64,000 bases of DNA, from positions 40,238,001 to 40,302,000 of the forward strand of contig OZ024741.1 of the NCBI GenBank assembly GCA_964016885.1, written 5' to 3'. Positions within the stretch are counted from its first letter, which is position 1, and each line of letters begins with the position of its first letter. Shown piece by piece: positions 1-12,236 of this stretch. The notes beneath the pieces were generated by a model, which was given only the letters and a program-made list of their open reading frames with translations, was not told where the DNA came from and did not search any database. This DNA comes from Eledone cirrhosa. Taxonomy: Eukaryota. A program made the translations under genes and the position numbers.

Positions 1-710
1 GGCATGATGTAGAAAAAATAGCCCCGATAATAAACACATTAAAAGCTACAGCAATGTGGAAAACATACATATACATAATATGAAAGAGTACTGGTGGAAT
101 GTTCCAGTAAAAACCCCATTAAAATGCAGGCATAACAGACCAGATATTATGATATGGGACAGGGAAAAAATACATGCACAATAGTGGAAGTTAGCTATCC
201 AGCAGATGCCAATATAATATCAAAGATTAGCGAAAAGGAGAATATTTATGCAGAACTGATGAGAAATCTGCAGATACTCCACTCTGACTATACCTTCAGA
301 TTTATGCCTGTGATTATTGGGGCACTGGGATATGTTAGTAACTGCCTCAATACAAATCTTGAGAAGCTAGGCTTCACAGGAACAGAAAGAACACAACTAG
401 TTAGGAAACTACAAGTACAATCCATTAATGGAACAGTAAAAATATGTAAAACATTCCAAAAATGTTGCATCTAATAACTGCATATACACATGTACACATA
501 CTAAGCATATGCACATGAACACATACAACTCAAAACATCCACATCCACACATACAATAACATCTATCTCTACACATACATGCATGCAGACATGCAGACAT
601 ATCTACCTAGTTGATGTTGTGTAAATTCCAATGAGAGAGTCTTGTGTCTATGTTAGAAACCGACTCTCTCTCTATTGGCAAAAATTTGTGAAATTATAAA
701 ACCAGAAGAA
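1..710 (+). mobile_element. 3' end of an R4/Dong-type RLE non-LTR retrotransposon (degenerate)
   Basis: Translation gives YWWNVP..., HNRPDI...CTIVEVSYP...FMPVIIGALG...KICKTF, homologous to the C-terminal RLE domain of ORF 2510-5794. The 3' UTR ends directly at (CATA)n. Confidence 0.85.
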
Positions 711-924
711 CATACATACATACATACATACATACACACATACATACATACACATACATACATACACACATACATACATACATACATACACACATACATA
801 CATACATACATACATACATACATACATACATACATACATACATACATACATACATGCACACACACACACACATACATACATACATACATACATACATACA
901 TACATACATACATACATACATACA
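711..924. repeat. (CATA)n microsatellite (similar tracts at 1361-1524, 2413-2491, 5876-5950, 6156-6228)
   Basis: Read directly from the sequence. Confidence 0.95.
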
Positions 925-1359
925 TGGTGGCTGCCAACTCGTTTTCGAGTACGGCCACTACTTTATATCCATGTAGGAGAACCTCTACCAATGCGCTGAA
1001 CGAGTGTGACTTTTTAGTCCAGCCAGCGACTTGAAAACTCTGGTACAAACACTACACCTGTGACAATTATTGACACATAGTGCTGGGCCCATGGTACCAT
1101 GTGACGACAAATGCAGAGAGATCTCCAGATATAAAGCACTGCCTGTGCCGTGAAGCTTTTATAGTGAGCAAAGGCACTGCACAAAGCCAGTCCCACTCTC
1201 TTAACCAAGATGATATTTACCAAAAAGAAGAACAATTCAACATCATTGGATACCATCTGGGTTGCAGGTGTTATATCAGAGTTTTCCTTCTCCTAGAATT
1301 CTGCCTTGACAAAGGCTAAGGGGTCATCTCTCCCGGTGATTTTGGATGGCTATTGACTC

Positions 1360-1360
<1 letters not shown>
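925..1360 (-). mobile_element. Non-autonomous RTE-related/SINE-like element, copy A (5'-truncated)
   Basis: Near-identical reverse complement of 10046-10486. Contains the RTE-5'UTR-like motif CTAGGAGAAGGAAAACTCTGA, and ends in a 3' hairpin followed by (TATG)n. Confidence 0.7.
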
Positions 1361-1390
<30 letters not shown>

Positions 1391-1409
1391 CATACATACA
1401 TACATACAT

Positions 1410-1456
<47 letters not shown>

Positions 1457-1524
1457 TACATACATACATACATACATACATACATACATACATACATACA
1501 TACATACATACATACATACATACA

Positions 1525-1969
1525 TGATGATGGATGCAACTCGATTTTGAGTAATGCTATCGCTCGATACTTAAGAATGAGCATCACGGACGTAGCTTTT
1601 GAGTCCTGCTAAGGACTTGTCTATGGCCAGCAATATCATACAAAAAAAATGTCACATATCAAGCGATGCCTGTGCCTGAAGCTGTTTTAAGTGAGGAATG
1701 GCTTTGTACTGGGACAATCCCACTCTCTGAACATCAAATGCATTTACCCCCCAAAAAGAACTGGTCTATATCTTTGGATGCAAACGAAGTAGCAGATTTT
1801 ATATCAGAGTGACCTTCTCCTAGAGAGATGTCTTAATGAAGACTATGTGTCTCACGCTCCACTAAAAAAAAACTAAAACCAAAAACAAAAAAACAAAAAT
1901 ACTTTTTTGGATAGCCGTTGATGGATTTTGTTTTTCATCCCGCAGGGTGTTCAAAATCACCCTCCTCAT
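1525..1969 (-). mobile_element. Same family, diverged copy B
   Basis: Shares GCCTGTGCC..GAAG, CCCACTCTC, TATATCAGAGT..CCTTCTCCTAGA and CAAAATCACCCTCCTCA blocks and the terminal hairpin with copies A, D and E. Confidence 0.65.
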
Positions 1970-1980
1970 ACATACATACA

Positions 1981-2412
1981 TGATGATGGCTGCCCCCTCG
2001 TTATCGAGTATGGCCATTGCACGATATACCATTATTAATAATTATTAATTAATTCTATCGTGCAATGACTGTTCATGAAGTTATTTTTTAAAGTGAGGAA
2101 AGACTGTGCACTGAGCCAAACCTACTCTCTGGGCGACAGTAGCTATAACCCGAAAAGAAGAAAAGATCAACATCATCGGTAACTACTGAGCCACAGGTTT
2201 TATATCGGAGTTATCCCAGTTTCCTGAGTTGCCTCCTAAACCGGCAACCCCACCAAGTTTACTTGGTGAGGGGGGTGATTTTGGACACCCTGCAGGATAA
2301 AAAAAAACCTGACAAAGGGTGGAAGAACTCATAAGAGTCAACGGCCATCCAAAAGTGTGTAAATATGTATATATACATGTACCGCACGGTTAAACCACTG
2401 GGAGTGAAGGAC
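1981..2412 (-). mobile_element. Same family, copy C with an inverted 5' segment
   Basis: 1981-2237 is the reverse complement of the 3' half of copy E. 2237-2412 matches the 5' half of copy E in the + orientation. Confidence 0.7.
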
Positions 2413-2509
2413 GTACATACATACATACATACATACATACATACATACATACATACATACATACATACATACATACATACATACATACATACGTATCATT
2501 AGATGTAAA

Positions 2510-5500
2510 TTGATACATCTAACGGAATCGAGTGATACTACAAATACAGCCCTTGTAGACAACCACCCCACCTCCACTGACAGACAAAGAGAATGGCCAG
2601 CTAAATCTAACAGTGAACAGCTCACCAACAATTTTGCTGAAATTCATCCCACTTCCACTGAAGAACAGCGAGAAAGGTCAGCTGACTCTAGTAGTAATTG
2701 TCACCACATCAACAACGAGGCTGAAATTCATGACTCTACTGAAGAAACAGAGCACCAAAAACTTGTGGGCTCCCTACAAGTGATATGGAATGATATGTTT
2801 CAAGAGATACACAGCCTTAATGTGAGTGACAGACCATACAACACTAGAGTCAGTAAAGAACCCACTAAATTGGAATTGGAAGCGGTGAACGAAATAGCTG
2901 GCAATTATCTGAAGGCTATACGATCTAAAGGTGTAGAAACGACATTTGAAACGCTTAATGTTTTGTTATATGTTTCAGCTGTCACATTGCTAGCATATAA
3001 CACACATCTAAAACCACGCAATCAAGATACAAACAGAAAGCCTGAACCAGCGTGGATGCGAAATTTAAAAACCAAAATTTTGTCCCTGAGACGAAGTATC
3101 TCACACATCGCAGTCGTTATGAAATGCAACATAGAGAGCAACTTCACACAACACCAGGAAGACCTAAAGAAAATGTTAGAGAGAAGATTTGGAGATACAA
3201 AATTTAAAACTTTGAACTCCAAATTACACCAGTTGAAACAACAACTCACAGCTACAACAGAAAGACTAAAATATAAGTCAACAGCACATAAACGACAAGT
3301 GCTAAATAGATTGTTTGCCAGAGATCCTAAATCAGTTTATCGCAGCTTCGGTGGCAAAAGCTCAATCTCTGTAAATGACACCCCTTCAAAAGAACAGGTT
3401 GAGAGCTACTGGAGATCTGTATGGGAAACGGATGACGGATTCAACAGACAAGCTAATTGGCTAAAAGAACTGGAACAGGACTACTGCCAACATGTCCAGA
3501 CAAAACAATATGACATAGATGGGTCAATACTGGAAACAGCTCTACAGAAAATGTCGAATAGGAAATCGCCAGGCCCAGACCTCATTACAGGATACTGGTT
3601 GAAGAATTTCACTTTCTATCGGCAAGATCTCATACGGCTGTTTACAGAAACCATTAAGGGCACACAAGAACTGCCCAGATGGTTATCAACTGCCTCTACT
3701 CTCCTCATTCCCAAAAATAGCCAAACCACCCTTGCTAAAAATTACCGCCCAATTGCCTGCCAAAACATCATGTATAAATTATATACTGGGTGCCTTAACC
3801 TGTTCTTACAGGATCACTGTGCTACCAACAACATCATAACACCTGAGCAAGCTGGTGGAAAGAGGGAGGTGTGGGGTTGCATAGATCACCTACTAACTAA
3901 CAAAATGATTCAGGAAAAAACAACAAAGAATCGCAGAAACATGACTGTCGTGTGGCTGGACTATCAAAAAGCATTTGATAGTGTACCTCATGGGTGGATT
4001 GTTAAGGCTTTACAGTTAGCTAACGTCCCACAACCATTGGTAGCTGCTGTTGAACGCCTGACCAAGAACTGGTACACCAGTTTGATCCTTAGAGGTGAGA
4101 AGGAGCAGGTTAAGACTGATAAGATACATTACCAGAAGGGCATCTTTCAGGGTGATAGCTTGTCAGTGCTACTCTTCGTTCTCTCACTGAATCCACTATC
4201 TTACCTACTCAGGAAACAAGGTCGACAAAGAAGTGGGACCAGAAGTATCTCCCATCTTTTCTTTGTTGATGACCTGAAGTTGTATGGGCCAAATATCAAT
4301 GACATCAAGAAACAATTGGACCTCATTACACAATTTTCAACCGACATCAAAATGAAATTTGGTGAGTCCAAGTGTGCATATTTGGCAGTAAAACGTGGAA
4401 GAGCTGTGCCCTCCTCTAGAAATCTAGAGATGAACGGCCTGACAATACAACCTCTGCAGTCAGGTGACAACTACAGATATCTTGGACAGGATGAGAATGT
4501 CAGATATGATGGACCCATAAATAAGGAGAGAACCAGAACTGAATACCTCAGAAGAGTAAAGAAAATATGGTCATCAGAACTGTCAGCATACAACAAATAC
4601 ATTGCCCACAATACTTATGCTGTGCCAATTCTAACGCCAACATTTGGCCTACTGAACTGGTCATTGCAAGAACTAAGTGAGATGGATGTTAGAACTCGAA
4701 AACTTCTCAGTGTTACTGGGAACTTTAACATCAATGGTGATGTGGATAGGCTATACTTCTCACGCAAGGAAGGTGGCCGGGGTCTAAAATCAATATTAAC
4801 AACATATGAGACCCGGATAGTGACACTGAAGCAACACCTTCAACAGAGGAAAAAGGTTGGCAACCATCTTGCCCAGGTTTATGACCATGAAAAAAGAAAT
4901 ATCATTAGAATAGCGACTGATCTGGAGGAGAGATATGGAATAAAGCCCGATATAAATCTCTCACCCAGAGAAATCGGAAGATCCTATTCAATGTTCAAAC
5001 AAGAAAAAAAAATTGACCAATTTACAGAAAAAGTTGTGCATGGATACTTGAGGCGTAAAACACAGACCATAGAGGGGATAAACCACTCAAAAAGCCTGGC
5101 ATGGAGTTCCGACAAGTTTATGACATCACACCTTGAGGGATATCTCTATGCAATACAGGAACAAGAACTCCCTACCAAATATCTGCTGCACAAAAGAGGA
5201 GGGCCAGCAGCTGACAATAAATGTAGGCTATGTAAAACAAAGATCGAGGATGTAAGCCACATTGTTGCCAGCTGCGAAAGAATGTCATCTCGCTACTACC
5301 TCCCCATGAGACACGATGGGATAGCTAGAACCATCTGGAACGCACTTCGGAAAACAAAATCAACAACAAACGAGGAAGAATATATTGAGACAGATGGCAC
5401 TAAGGAATACTGGTGGAACCTGAAAATAAAAACTGCCACCAAATTAAAGCACAACCGGCCTGATATTGTAGTTTGGGACCACACATTGAAAACGTGTTCT

Positions 5501-5794
5501 GTTGTGGAGATCAGCTGCCCACTTGATATAAACGTTGTCAGAAAAATACAGGAGAAGGAGGACATCTACGGACCATTGATGAGGAGTTTACAAATCCAGT
5601 ATCCAAGATACACCTTTAGCTTCATACCCATCATTATTGGTGCTACGGGTTATATACCAACCCGCTTGGACCAAAGTATGACTGAACTTGGATTTGCGGA
5701 CAAAAAGCGCAGCTCCCTAATTCATAGTCTACAAATGGCTGCGATAGCTGGCACCTTCAAAATTTGCAAAACATTCTTGCGATTCAAGGGATGA
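2510..5794 (+). CDS. R4/Dong-clade non-LTR retrotransposon ORF: RT + CCHC knuckle + restriction-like endonuclease (element about 2492-5875, probably 5'-truncated)
   Basis: Uninterrupted 1094 aa with [52 protein letters not shown] and NRPDIVV..VVEISCP. The start is a TTG and the frame is open back into the microsatellite. Confidence 0.92.
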   Translation: MIHLTESSDTTNTALVDNHPTSTDRQREWPAKSNSEQLTNNFAEIHPTSTEEQRERSADSSSNCHHINNEAEIHDSTEETEHQKLVGSLQVIWNDMFQEIHSLNVSDRPYNTRVSKEPTKLELEAVNEIAGNYLKAIRSKGVETTFETLNVLLYVSAVTLLAYNTHLKPRNQDTNRKPEPAWMRNLKTKILSLRRSISHIAVVMKCNIESNFTQHQEDLKKMLERRFGDTKFKTLNSKLHQLKQQLTATTERLKYKSTAHKRQVLNRLFARDPKSVYRSFGGKSSISVNDTPSKEQVESYWRSVWETDDGFNRQANWLKELEQDYCQHVQTKQYDIDGSILETALQKMSNRKSPGPDLITGYWLKNFTFYRQDLIRLFTETIKGTQELPRWLSTASTLLIPKNSQTTLAKNYRPIACQNIMYKLYTGCLNLFLQDHCATNNIITPEQAGGKREVWGCIDHLLTNKMIQEKTTKNRRNMTVVWLDYQKAFDSVPHGWIVKALQLANVPQPLVAAVERLTKNWYTSLILRGEKEQVKTDKIHYQKGIFQGDSLSVLLFVLSLNPLSYLLRKQGRQRSGTRSISHLFFVDDLKLYGPNINDIKKQLDLITQFSTDIKMKFGESKCAYLAVKRGRAVPSSRNLEMNGLTIQPLQSGDNYRYLGQDENVRYDGPINKERTRTEYLRRVKKIWSSELSAYNKYIAHNTYAVPILTPTFGLLNWSLQELSEMDVRTRKLLSVTGNFNINGDVDRLYFSRKEGGRGLKSILTTYETRIVTLKQHLQQRKKVGNHLAQVYDHEKRNIIRIATDLEERYGIKPDINLSPREIGRSYSMFKQEKKIDQFTEKVVHGYLRRKTQTIEGINHSKSLAWSSDKFMTSHLEGYLYAIQEQELPTKYLLHKRGGPAADNKCRLCKTKIEDVSHIVASCERMSSRYYLPMRHDGIARTIWNALRKTKSTTNEEEYIETDGTKEYWWNLKIKTATKLKHNRPDIVVWDHTLKTCSVVEISCPLDINVVRKIQEKEDIYGPLMRSLQIQYPRYTFSFIPIIIGATGYIPTRLDQSMTELGFADKKRSSLIHSLQMAAIAGTFKICKTFLRFKG

Positions 5795-5971
5795 CAATTT
5801 CTTTTCTTTTACAACCTTGCCACCAGGAAGGTGGCCGGTCAAAAAATATACTCAAAATTAAGAGAAAGAGAAAACATACATACATAATACATACATACAT
5901 ACATACATACATACATACATACATACATACATACATACATACATACATACAGGTTTATGAGCATGAAGGAA

Positions 5972-6155
5972 ATAATTGTTTCTACTTTAGGCACAAGGCC
6001 AGCAATTACCCAGTGCATTACTGGTACTTTATTTTATCGACCCCGTAAGGATGAAAGGCAAAGTCAACCTCGGCGGGATTTGAACTCAGATCGTAAAGGG
6101 ACGTAACTATGCTGGAAAGCATGGCGTCCGACCCTCTACCGATACTGCCAATCCA
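5972..6155 (-). mobile_element. tRNA-derived SINE (family S1)
   Basis: Minus strand reads GGATTGGCAGTATCGGTAGAG...GAGTTCAAATCCC (A/B-box-like), then GTCGATAAAATAAAGTACCAG and GTAGAAACAATT. About 10 copies occur in the window. Confidence 0.85.
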
Positions 6156-6228
6156 CATACATACATACATACATACATACATACATACATACATACATAC
6201 ATACATACATACTTACATACATACATAC

Positions 6229-6830
6229 AGGTTTATGAGCATGAAGGAAATAATATCATTAGAATAGCCACTGATCTGGAGGAGAGATCTGGAATAAGGC
6301 CTGATATAAATCTCTCTCCCAGGGAAATTGGAAGATCCTATTCTATGTTCGAACAAGATAAAAAAATGGACCAATTTACAGACAAGGTTGTGCATGGATA
6401 GCTGAGACGAAAAACACAGCCCATAGAAGGAATAAATTATTCAAAAAGCCTGTCATGGAGTTCCGACAATTTTATGACATCCCTCCTTGAAGGATATCTC
6501 TATGCAATACAGGAACAAGAAATCGCTACCAAATATCTGCTACACAAAAGAGGAGGGCCATCAGTCGACAATAAATGTAGGCTATGTAAAACAAAGATAG
6601 ATGTAAGTCAATTTGTTGCCAACTGCGAAAGAATGTCGTCTCGCTACTACCTCGCTATGAGACACGATGTGATAGCTAGAACCATCTGGAACGCACTTAG
6701 GAAAACAAAATTTAAAACAAATAAAGGGGAATATTTTGAGATAGATGACACTAAAAAATACAAGAAAAGGAGGACATCTACTGACCATTGATGAGGAGTT
6801 TGCAGATTCAGTAATCAAGATACACCTTCA
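6229..6830 (+). pseudogene. Truncated, degenerate second copy of the R4/Dong element
   Basis: Aligns to about 4874-5620 ([21 protein letters not shown]) with stops and a deletion. Confidence 0.85.
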
Positions 6831-6853
6831 GTTACAAACCCATATTTACACAT

Positions 6854-6903
<50 letters not shown>

Positions 6904-7314
6904 GGGGGGGGTATCTGTGCCTGTCTGTGAATGTATAGAAACGATCTAATTTTAGAATCGTTGAGCGGGTTACAAATTTTGAATTTATCCTAAGTTTAAA
7001 TTAACTGCTTCTAAGTAGATTTTTAAGTATGAAAAATAATCTAAGTTGAGCAGATATGCTGTACAATTGCTCCGTCTCCAGGGGATTACATACCCAATAT
7101 ATTAGACTACTTTTCATAGTCAAAAATGTACGTTGAACCTGTTAACTTTAGGTTAGTATAAACTCAATATTAGTCATAAGGAAACGCGCAGTCAATGAAT
7201 TTTTATTGCATGGTCCACAATGTATTGAAGGATGGGGTCAGGATTTTAGTAAATATTGTAATATGGAATTATAAATGTTGGACTGCCCTGTTACTTATGA
7301 TTCACAACCCTCTG

Positions 7315-7380
<66 letters not shown>

Positions 7381-7381
<1 letters not shown>

Positions 7382-7578
7382 CGAAGGAGGTGTGGTAAGG
7401 AACCAGATGGACCATAACGCACCAGAGTACTCAATACTTAGGGTAGTAGAGTGGGTAATAAGAAAATGTTTAACACCGACGGGAGAGCTCAAGTCGTTTC
7501 GATGGCTATTTCTGGACTCCAGAGTCCAGAAATAGCCGTCGAAACAGCTTGAGCTCTGCCGTCAGGGTTAAACATTTT

Positions 7579-7582
<4 letters not shown>
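7381..7582 (-). mobile_element. Fold-back element family F1, copy 1 (3' half of a hammerhead)
   Basis: Arms 7459-7519/7522-7582, an unpaired tail 7381-7458, and (TA)n on both sides. GAAAC-agc-TTGAGCTCT-gcc-GTC lies at 7541-7563. Confidence 0.75.
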
Positions 7583-7616
<34 letters not shown>

Positions 7617-7634
7617 TGTGTGTGTGTGTGTATT

Positions 7635-7892
7635 GTTATGTCCTTTTGGATAAACGAATACACTGCAACAGTGTAATAATATAATCGAAACAAATGGCAA
7701 AAACCACACGTAACGGAACAACAATATTTTAAGAACCAACAATCCAACACGCTAAATCGAACTGTGAACTTGAACTTCAAACTATCAACAGACGAGCTGT
7801 GGAACTAGTACCAGCTTGCCCACTTACTCAGGCCGCTATTATTTATATGTAGTGGCCTAGCCCAATCTCCAGGGGAAGGTCGTACTCTCACA
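7635..7892. mobile_element. Possible short solo LTR
   Basis: TG...CA termini, flanks gtat/gcat (imperfect 4-bp TSD), and a TATA-like motif on the minus strand. Confidence 0.25.
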
Positions 7893-7964
7893 CAGCATAT
7901 ATATATATATATATTCCACTGTTGATTTTGGTAAGGTGTGAAGAGCTCAATGTACACTTATAAT

Positions 7965-8103
7965 AATGTTTCTACTTTTGGCACCAAGCGAGCAATTACC
8001 GCAGTGCATTACTAGTACTTTATTTTATCGATCCCATAAGGATGAAAGGCAAAGTTAACCTCGGCGGGATTTGAGCTCAGAACGTAAAGGGCCATAACAC
8101 TAT
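7965..8103 (-). mobile_element. SINE S1 (5'-truncated)
   Basis: Matches 5972-6110. Confidence 0.8.
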
Positions 8104-8399
8104 GTCTTAGTTTATAAACATACTTCTTCATCAGAATTACCTCATTGAAGACCTACCCTGCCTCGCTTGCTTTATTTATTGCTCGCCTATATTCAACATC
8201 TGATAATGCCAATGTTCATCATGTGTGATTTCTTTGTTAAATTGAATCCCTCTCAATCCTGATGATATGTAGATGTTTTGTGTAATGTTTAAATAATTCT
8301 TAATTAGTTATAACTGATTGATTCGTTGTTTGCATATGCATGCAAGCTTATTACCTGTATAGAAACGATTGTAGATAGTAAAGGTGAATTGAATTTGAA

Positions 8400-9600
8400 A
8401 ACCTTGGTCCTCTTCACTTATATATATGTCTACAAGCACTTTGAAACCAGGCACTCCCACATCAACCACTGACAAAGAAGCAGTAGAGTCACTTCTCGAC
8501 TTTAGTTTTTCTTGTCCCAACTTGTCCTTGCACCAACGAGATATCAGAAGAACATTTTGGACCTAGTGTTTAGTAACCACACTAACACTATACATAATAT
8601 TACAGTGGAAAAAAACCCTTCTTTCAGATCATGACATGGTTCTCTATAAAGTGAGATTCCACCAGCCGAAAGCTAATCCTAGTGACCTCTCTCCAGCCTA
8701 ACTATTTAATAACATGGATCTCTATAATGCCAACTGGGATGCAATCATGAACGAGCTATCACAAGTTGACTGGTCTTTTACACACGCACACATCTCCACC
8801 AACATCAAAACATCTTGGCAGATCTTCGTAGACATTGTCAGAAACATGGACGAAACACACCCCACCAAGACCTGTGAACAAAACTAAGTGCAGTATCCCT
8901 CCAAAAACAGAAAAATACAAAGAACAAACAAAAAGATTAACAAAATAAAATACTGCCAGCAGCAACACACGCATTCGACGGCTATCGCACTGTTTGAATC
9001 AAAGAAATATAACCTCCAACCATTCATGAAGACCATCATCAATAACCAAAGAATAGCTGAGGAGAAATGGGCCATTGAGAAAATCAAAACACAAGGTCAC
9101 TGTCTCCACTGTTCGCCCTCTAATTGATGAAAACGGCACTCTCCAAGATAATGCTAAAACCATGGGTGAGATGCTGCAGAAACAATACTGCTCTGTTTTT
9201 AACAATTCTGATATGGCCGATCTGGGTTGTATCAGTGATGTTAATCCCCAATACACTATATCGGACATACCGTTTGGCGTCCCTTATATCTTAGAGGCAA
9301 TAAACGAAATTAAACACAATTCAGCAGTAGGCCCCAGTAGCTTTGGGAGAGGGCTCCAACATCGGTGTCTCTGGAAAGTTCCTGCAATGGATAAAGTGTT
9401 TCCTGACAGACAGTAGTGGCGTGAAACTCCCATACTCCATTCCTTCAGGGGAAACTCTCGCTGTATCCAACAACATCCGAGAATTGGGAGTAATTGTTGA
9501 CAACATAAGCTGGGCTACTCATATAAACGGCAAAGTTGACATGGCCCGCAGAATGTCTTCCTGGATTCTCAGAACCTTCCAGTCGAGAGATATCCACACT
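8400..9600 (+). pseudogene. CR1/L2-group LINE fragment (end of APE domain, linker, internally deleted RT)
   Basis: Frameshifted motifs ILDLVFSN...SDHDMV, ANWDAI, GVSGKFLQWIKCFLTD and IRELGVIVDN-ISWATHIN. Confidence 0.75.
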
Positions 9601-9833
9601 ATTATTATTATTATATTGATAGGTAACTGTTTCATTCAGAGATGAAATATTCAGAAATCACTAAACGAAACAGAACTAGCCCTGTAAAGGTCATCTCTCA
9701 ATAAAATAAAGATTGCTCACTACCTTATGTATTGAGCACTTTTCTTTAATTGTGGTTCACTTCCGTTCTATAACGGAATAACATTCAAAATTGTGTGTGG
9801 GTGGGTGTATGTATATATGTATGTATGTATATT

Positions 9834-9867
<34 letters not shown>

Positions 9868-9878
9868 TGTATGTATGT

Positions 9879-10486
9879 CAGGTCACCAGTTGGTGCTACT
9901 GGTAACATGTATCCCAGTACAACCTGTCTCATGGTCGGGTCGTTGGCGACTAAACTGGCAACCCCACCAAGGTTTCTTGGTGAGGAGGGTGACTTTGGAC
10001 ATCCTGCAGGACTAAAAACAAAACCTGTCAAAGGGCAAAGGAGCTCTTAAGAGTCAATGGCCATCCAAAATCACCGGGAGAGATGACCCCTTAGCCTTTG
10101 TCAAGGCAGAATTCTAGGAGAAGGAAAACTCTGATATAACACCTGCAACCCTGATGGTATCCAATGATGTTGACTTGTTCTTCTTTTTGGTAAATATCAT
10201 CTTGGTTAAGAGAGTGGGACTGGCTTTGTGCAGTGCCTTTGCTCACTATAAAAGCTTCACGGCACAGGCATTGCTTTATATCTGGAGATCTCTCTGCACT
10301 TGTCCTCACATGGTACCATGGGCCCAGCACTATGTGTCAATAATTGTCACAAGTGTAGTGTTTGTACCAGAGGTTTCAAGTCGCTGGCTGGACAAAAAAG
10401 TCACACTCGTTCAGCGCTTCGGTAGGGGTTCTCCTACATGGATATAAAGTAGTGGCCGTACTCGAAAACGAGTTGGCAGCCACCAT
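9879..10486 (+). mobile_element. Non-autonomous RTE-related element, full-length copy D
   Basis: Flanked by (TATG)n. Structured 5' end, RTE-5'UTR-like motif at about 10114-10136, and 3' hairpin GTGGCCG-ta-CTCG-aaaa-CGAG-ttgg-CAGCCAC. Confidence 0.7.
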
Positions 10487-10736
10487 GTATGTATGTATGT
10501 ATGTATGTATGTATGTTTGAAAGTATTTATGCATGTGTGTATGCATGTATATAAGTATGTATGAATGTATGTATGTATGCATATATGTATCTATGTATGT
10601 ACGTATGTATGATGTATGAATATATGTATGTATGCATATATGTATCTATATATGTATGTATCTATGTATGTTCGTGTGGCTATATGCATGCATGTATGTA
10701 TATATGTATGTATGTATATCTCTATATATGTATGTT

Positions 10737-11244
10737 GGGTCACTCTTGAGTGCTACTGGTAACATGTAACCCAGTGCAACCATTCGCATGGTTGGGTCGT
10801 CGGCGACTAAACAGGTAACCCCACCAAGTTTACTTGGTGAGGAGGGTGATTTTGGACACTCTGCAGGACAAAAAACAAAACCTGACAAAGGGCGGAAGAA
10901 AGTGTGTAAATATGTATATACACATGTACCGCACGGTTAAACCACTGGGGGTGAAGGAGCCCTAGCCTTTGTCAGGGCATTCTTCAAGGAGAAGGCAACT
11001 CAGGAAACTGGGATAACTCCGATATTAAACCTGCGGCTCAGCAGTAACCGATGATGTTGATCTTTTCTTCTTTTCGTGTTATAGCTACTGTCGCTCAGAG
11101 AGTGGGATTGGCTCAGTGCACAGTCTTTCCTCACTTTAAAAAATATTTTCACGCACAGGCATTGCACGATAGAATTAATTGATAATTATTAATAATGGTA
11201 TATCGTGCAATGGCCATACTCGATAACGAGGGGGCAGCCATCAT
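10737..11244 (+). mobile_element. Non-autonomous RTE-related element, full-length copy E
   Basis: The first ~150 bp are homologous to copy D; the 3' part is near-identical to copy C. Confidence 0.7.
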
Positions 11245-11569
11245 ATATATATGTATATATGTATGTCTGTCTGTCTGTCTGTCTGTATACACATTATATA
11301 TACGCATGTATATATGTATGTATGTATGCATATATACATGTATGTATATATGTATATATATACATATACAAAAATGTAGTAGCGTCAATATTATTTTACT
11401 GCTCACCGTAGCCATGTGTATCGTTCCAATGATTGAACACCGTGATATTCCTCCGCCATATAACTAATGAAAAATATTTTATGGTTGGCATCTACTTGAA
11501 GAAAAAATCTTATTTGATAGCATAAAGAGCGGAAATGTAAGGAATGATCTAGAAGAGGAACTAGCGAAG

Positions 11570-11672
11570 AGAGACATTATAGGGTGAATATGAAAGGGTG
11601 AGAGAGACATTATAGGGTGAATGTGAGAGGGTGAGAGAGACATTATAGGGTGAATGTGAGAGGGTGAGAGAG
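11570..11672. repeat. ~33-bp minisatellite, 3 copies
   Basis: GAGAGACATTATAGGGTGAATGTGAGAGGGTGA repeated. Confidence 0.85.
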
Positions 11673-11766
11673 AAAAGATGTCGAAAGATCAAGAAAGTAA
11701 TATGAAACACCTTCCTACACTTATAGGCTCCTACTTAACAATTTTAAATAACATCTCAGTCAAGTA

Positions 11767-11852
<86 letters not shown>

Positions 11853-11940
11853 GTTTTGCGAGGTTTTTTATATGAAATCGTGTGTCGAAACAAATATTGT
11901 TATACTTGGGGAGGGTCAGACACAAACACATATATATAGT

Positions 11941-11985
11941 TTATCAAAGTTCTTTCGTTGCACATCTGCAACATCGTCAGTGGTG
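11941..11985 (-). ncRNA. Minimal type I hammerhead-like motif in the PLE 3' repeat
   Basis: Minus strand: acca CUGACGA u-guugca-gaug-ugcaac GAAAG aa CUU ugaua. Stem I is imperfect. Confidence 0.55.
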
Positions 11986-12236
11986 TTATTGTTTCCTCCC
12001 GTTACATTGTATGTCTACGCCACTTTTATTTAGTCTGTCTATATATTTATTTATTTGTTTGTTTGTTTATTTTATTTTGTCTTGTTTGCGCATGCGTTTG
12101 CGTGTGTGTATAGTGTTTTGTTTGATGTGTTCGTGATTGGGTGACTAGTGTGTGTTTATATGTGTTTGTTGTTATTGTGCTTGTGTATGTATTTATTTAT
12201 TTATTTATCTATTTATTTATTTATTTATTTATTTAT

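Noticed and set aside
711-2491. CRISPR-like alternation of (CATA)n and ~430-bp units
   Set aside because: The units are homologous TE copies, the repeats are variable-length microsatellites, and there are no cas genes in this eukaryotic context.
8128-8134. Isolated CTGATGA on the minus strand
   Set aside because: No matching GAAA/UH or stem I was found; the adjacent sequence is a SINE.
9940-9970. Pistol- or HDV-like motif GTCG-ttgg-CGAC-TAAAC
   Set aside because: The loop is too short, there is no pseudoknot partner, and P3/P1 spacing does not fit.
925-11244. Inverted segmental duplication between 925-2412 and 9879-11244
   Set aside because: Copy order (A,B,C vs D,E) and different truncation points fit independent insertions.
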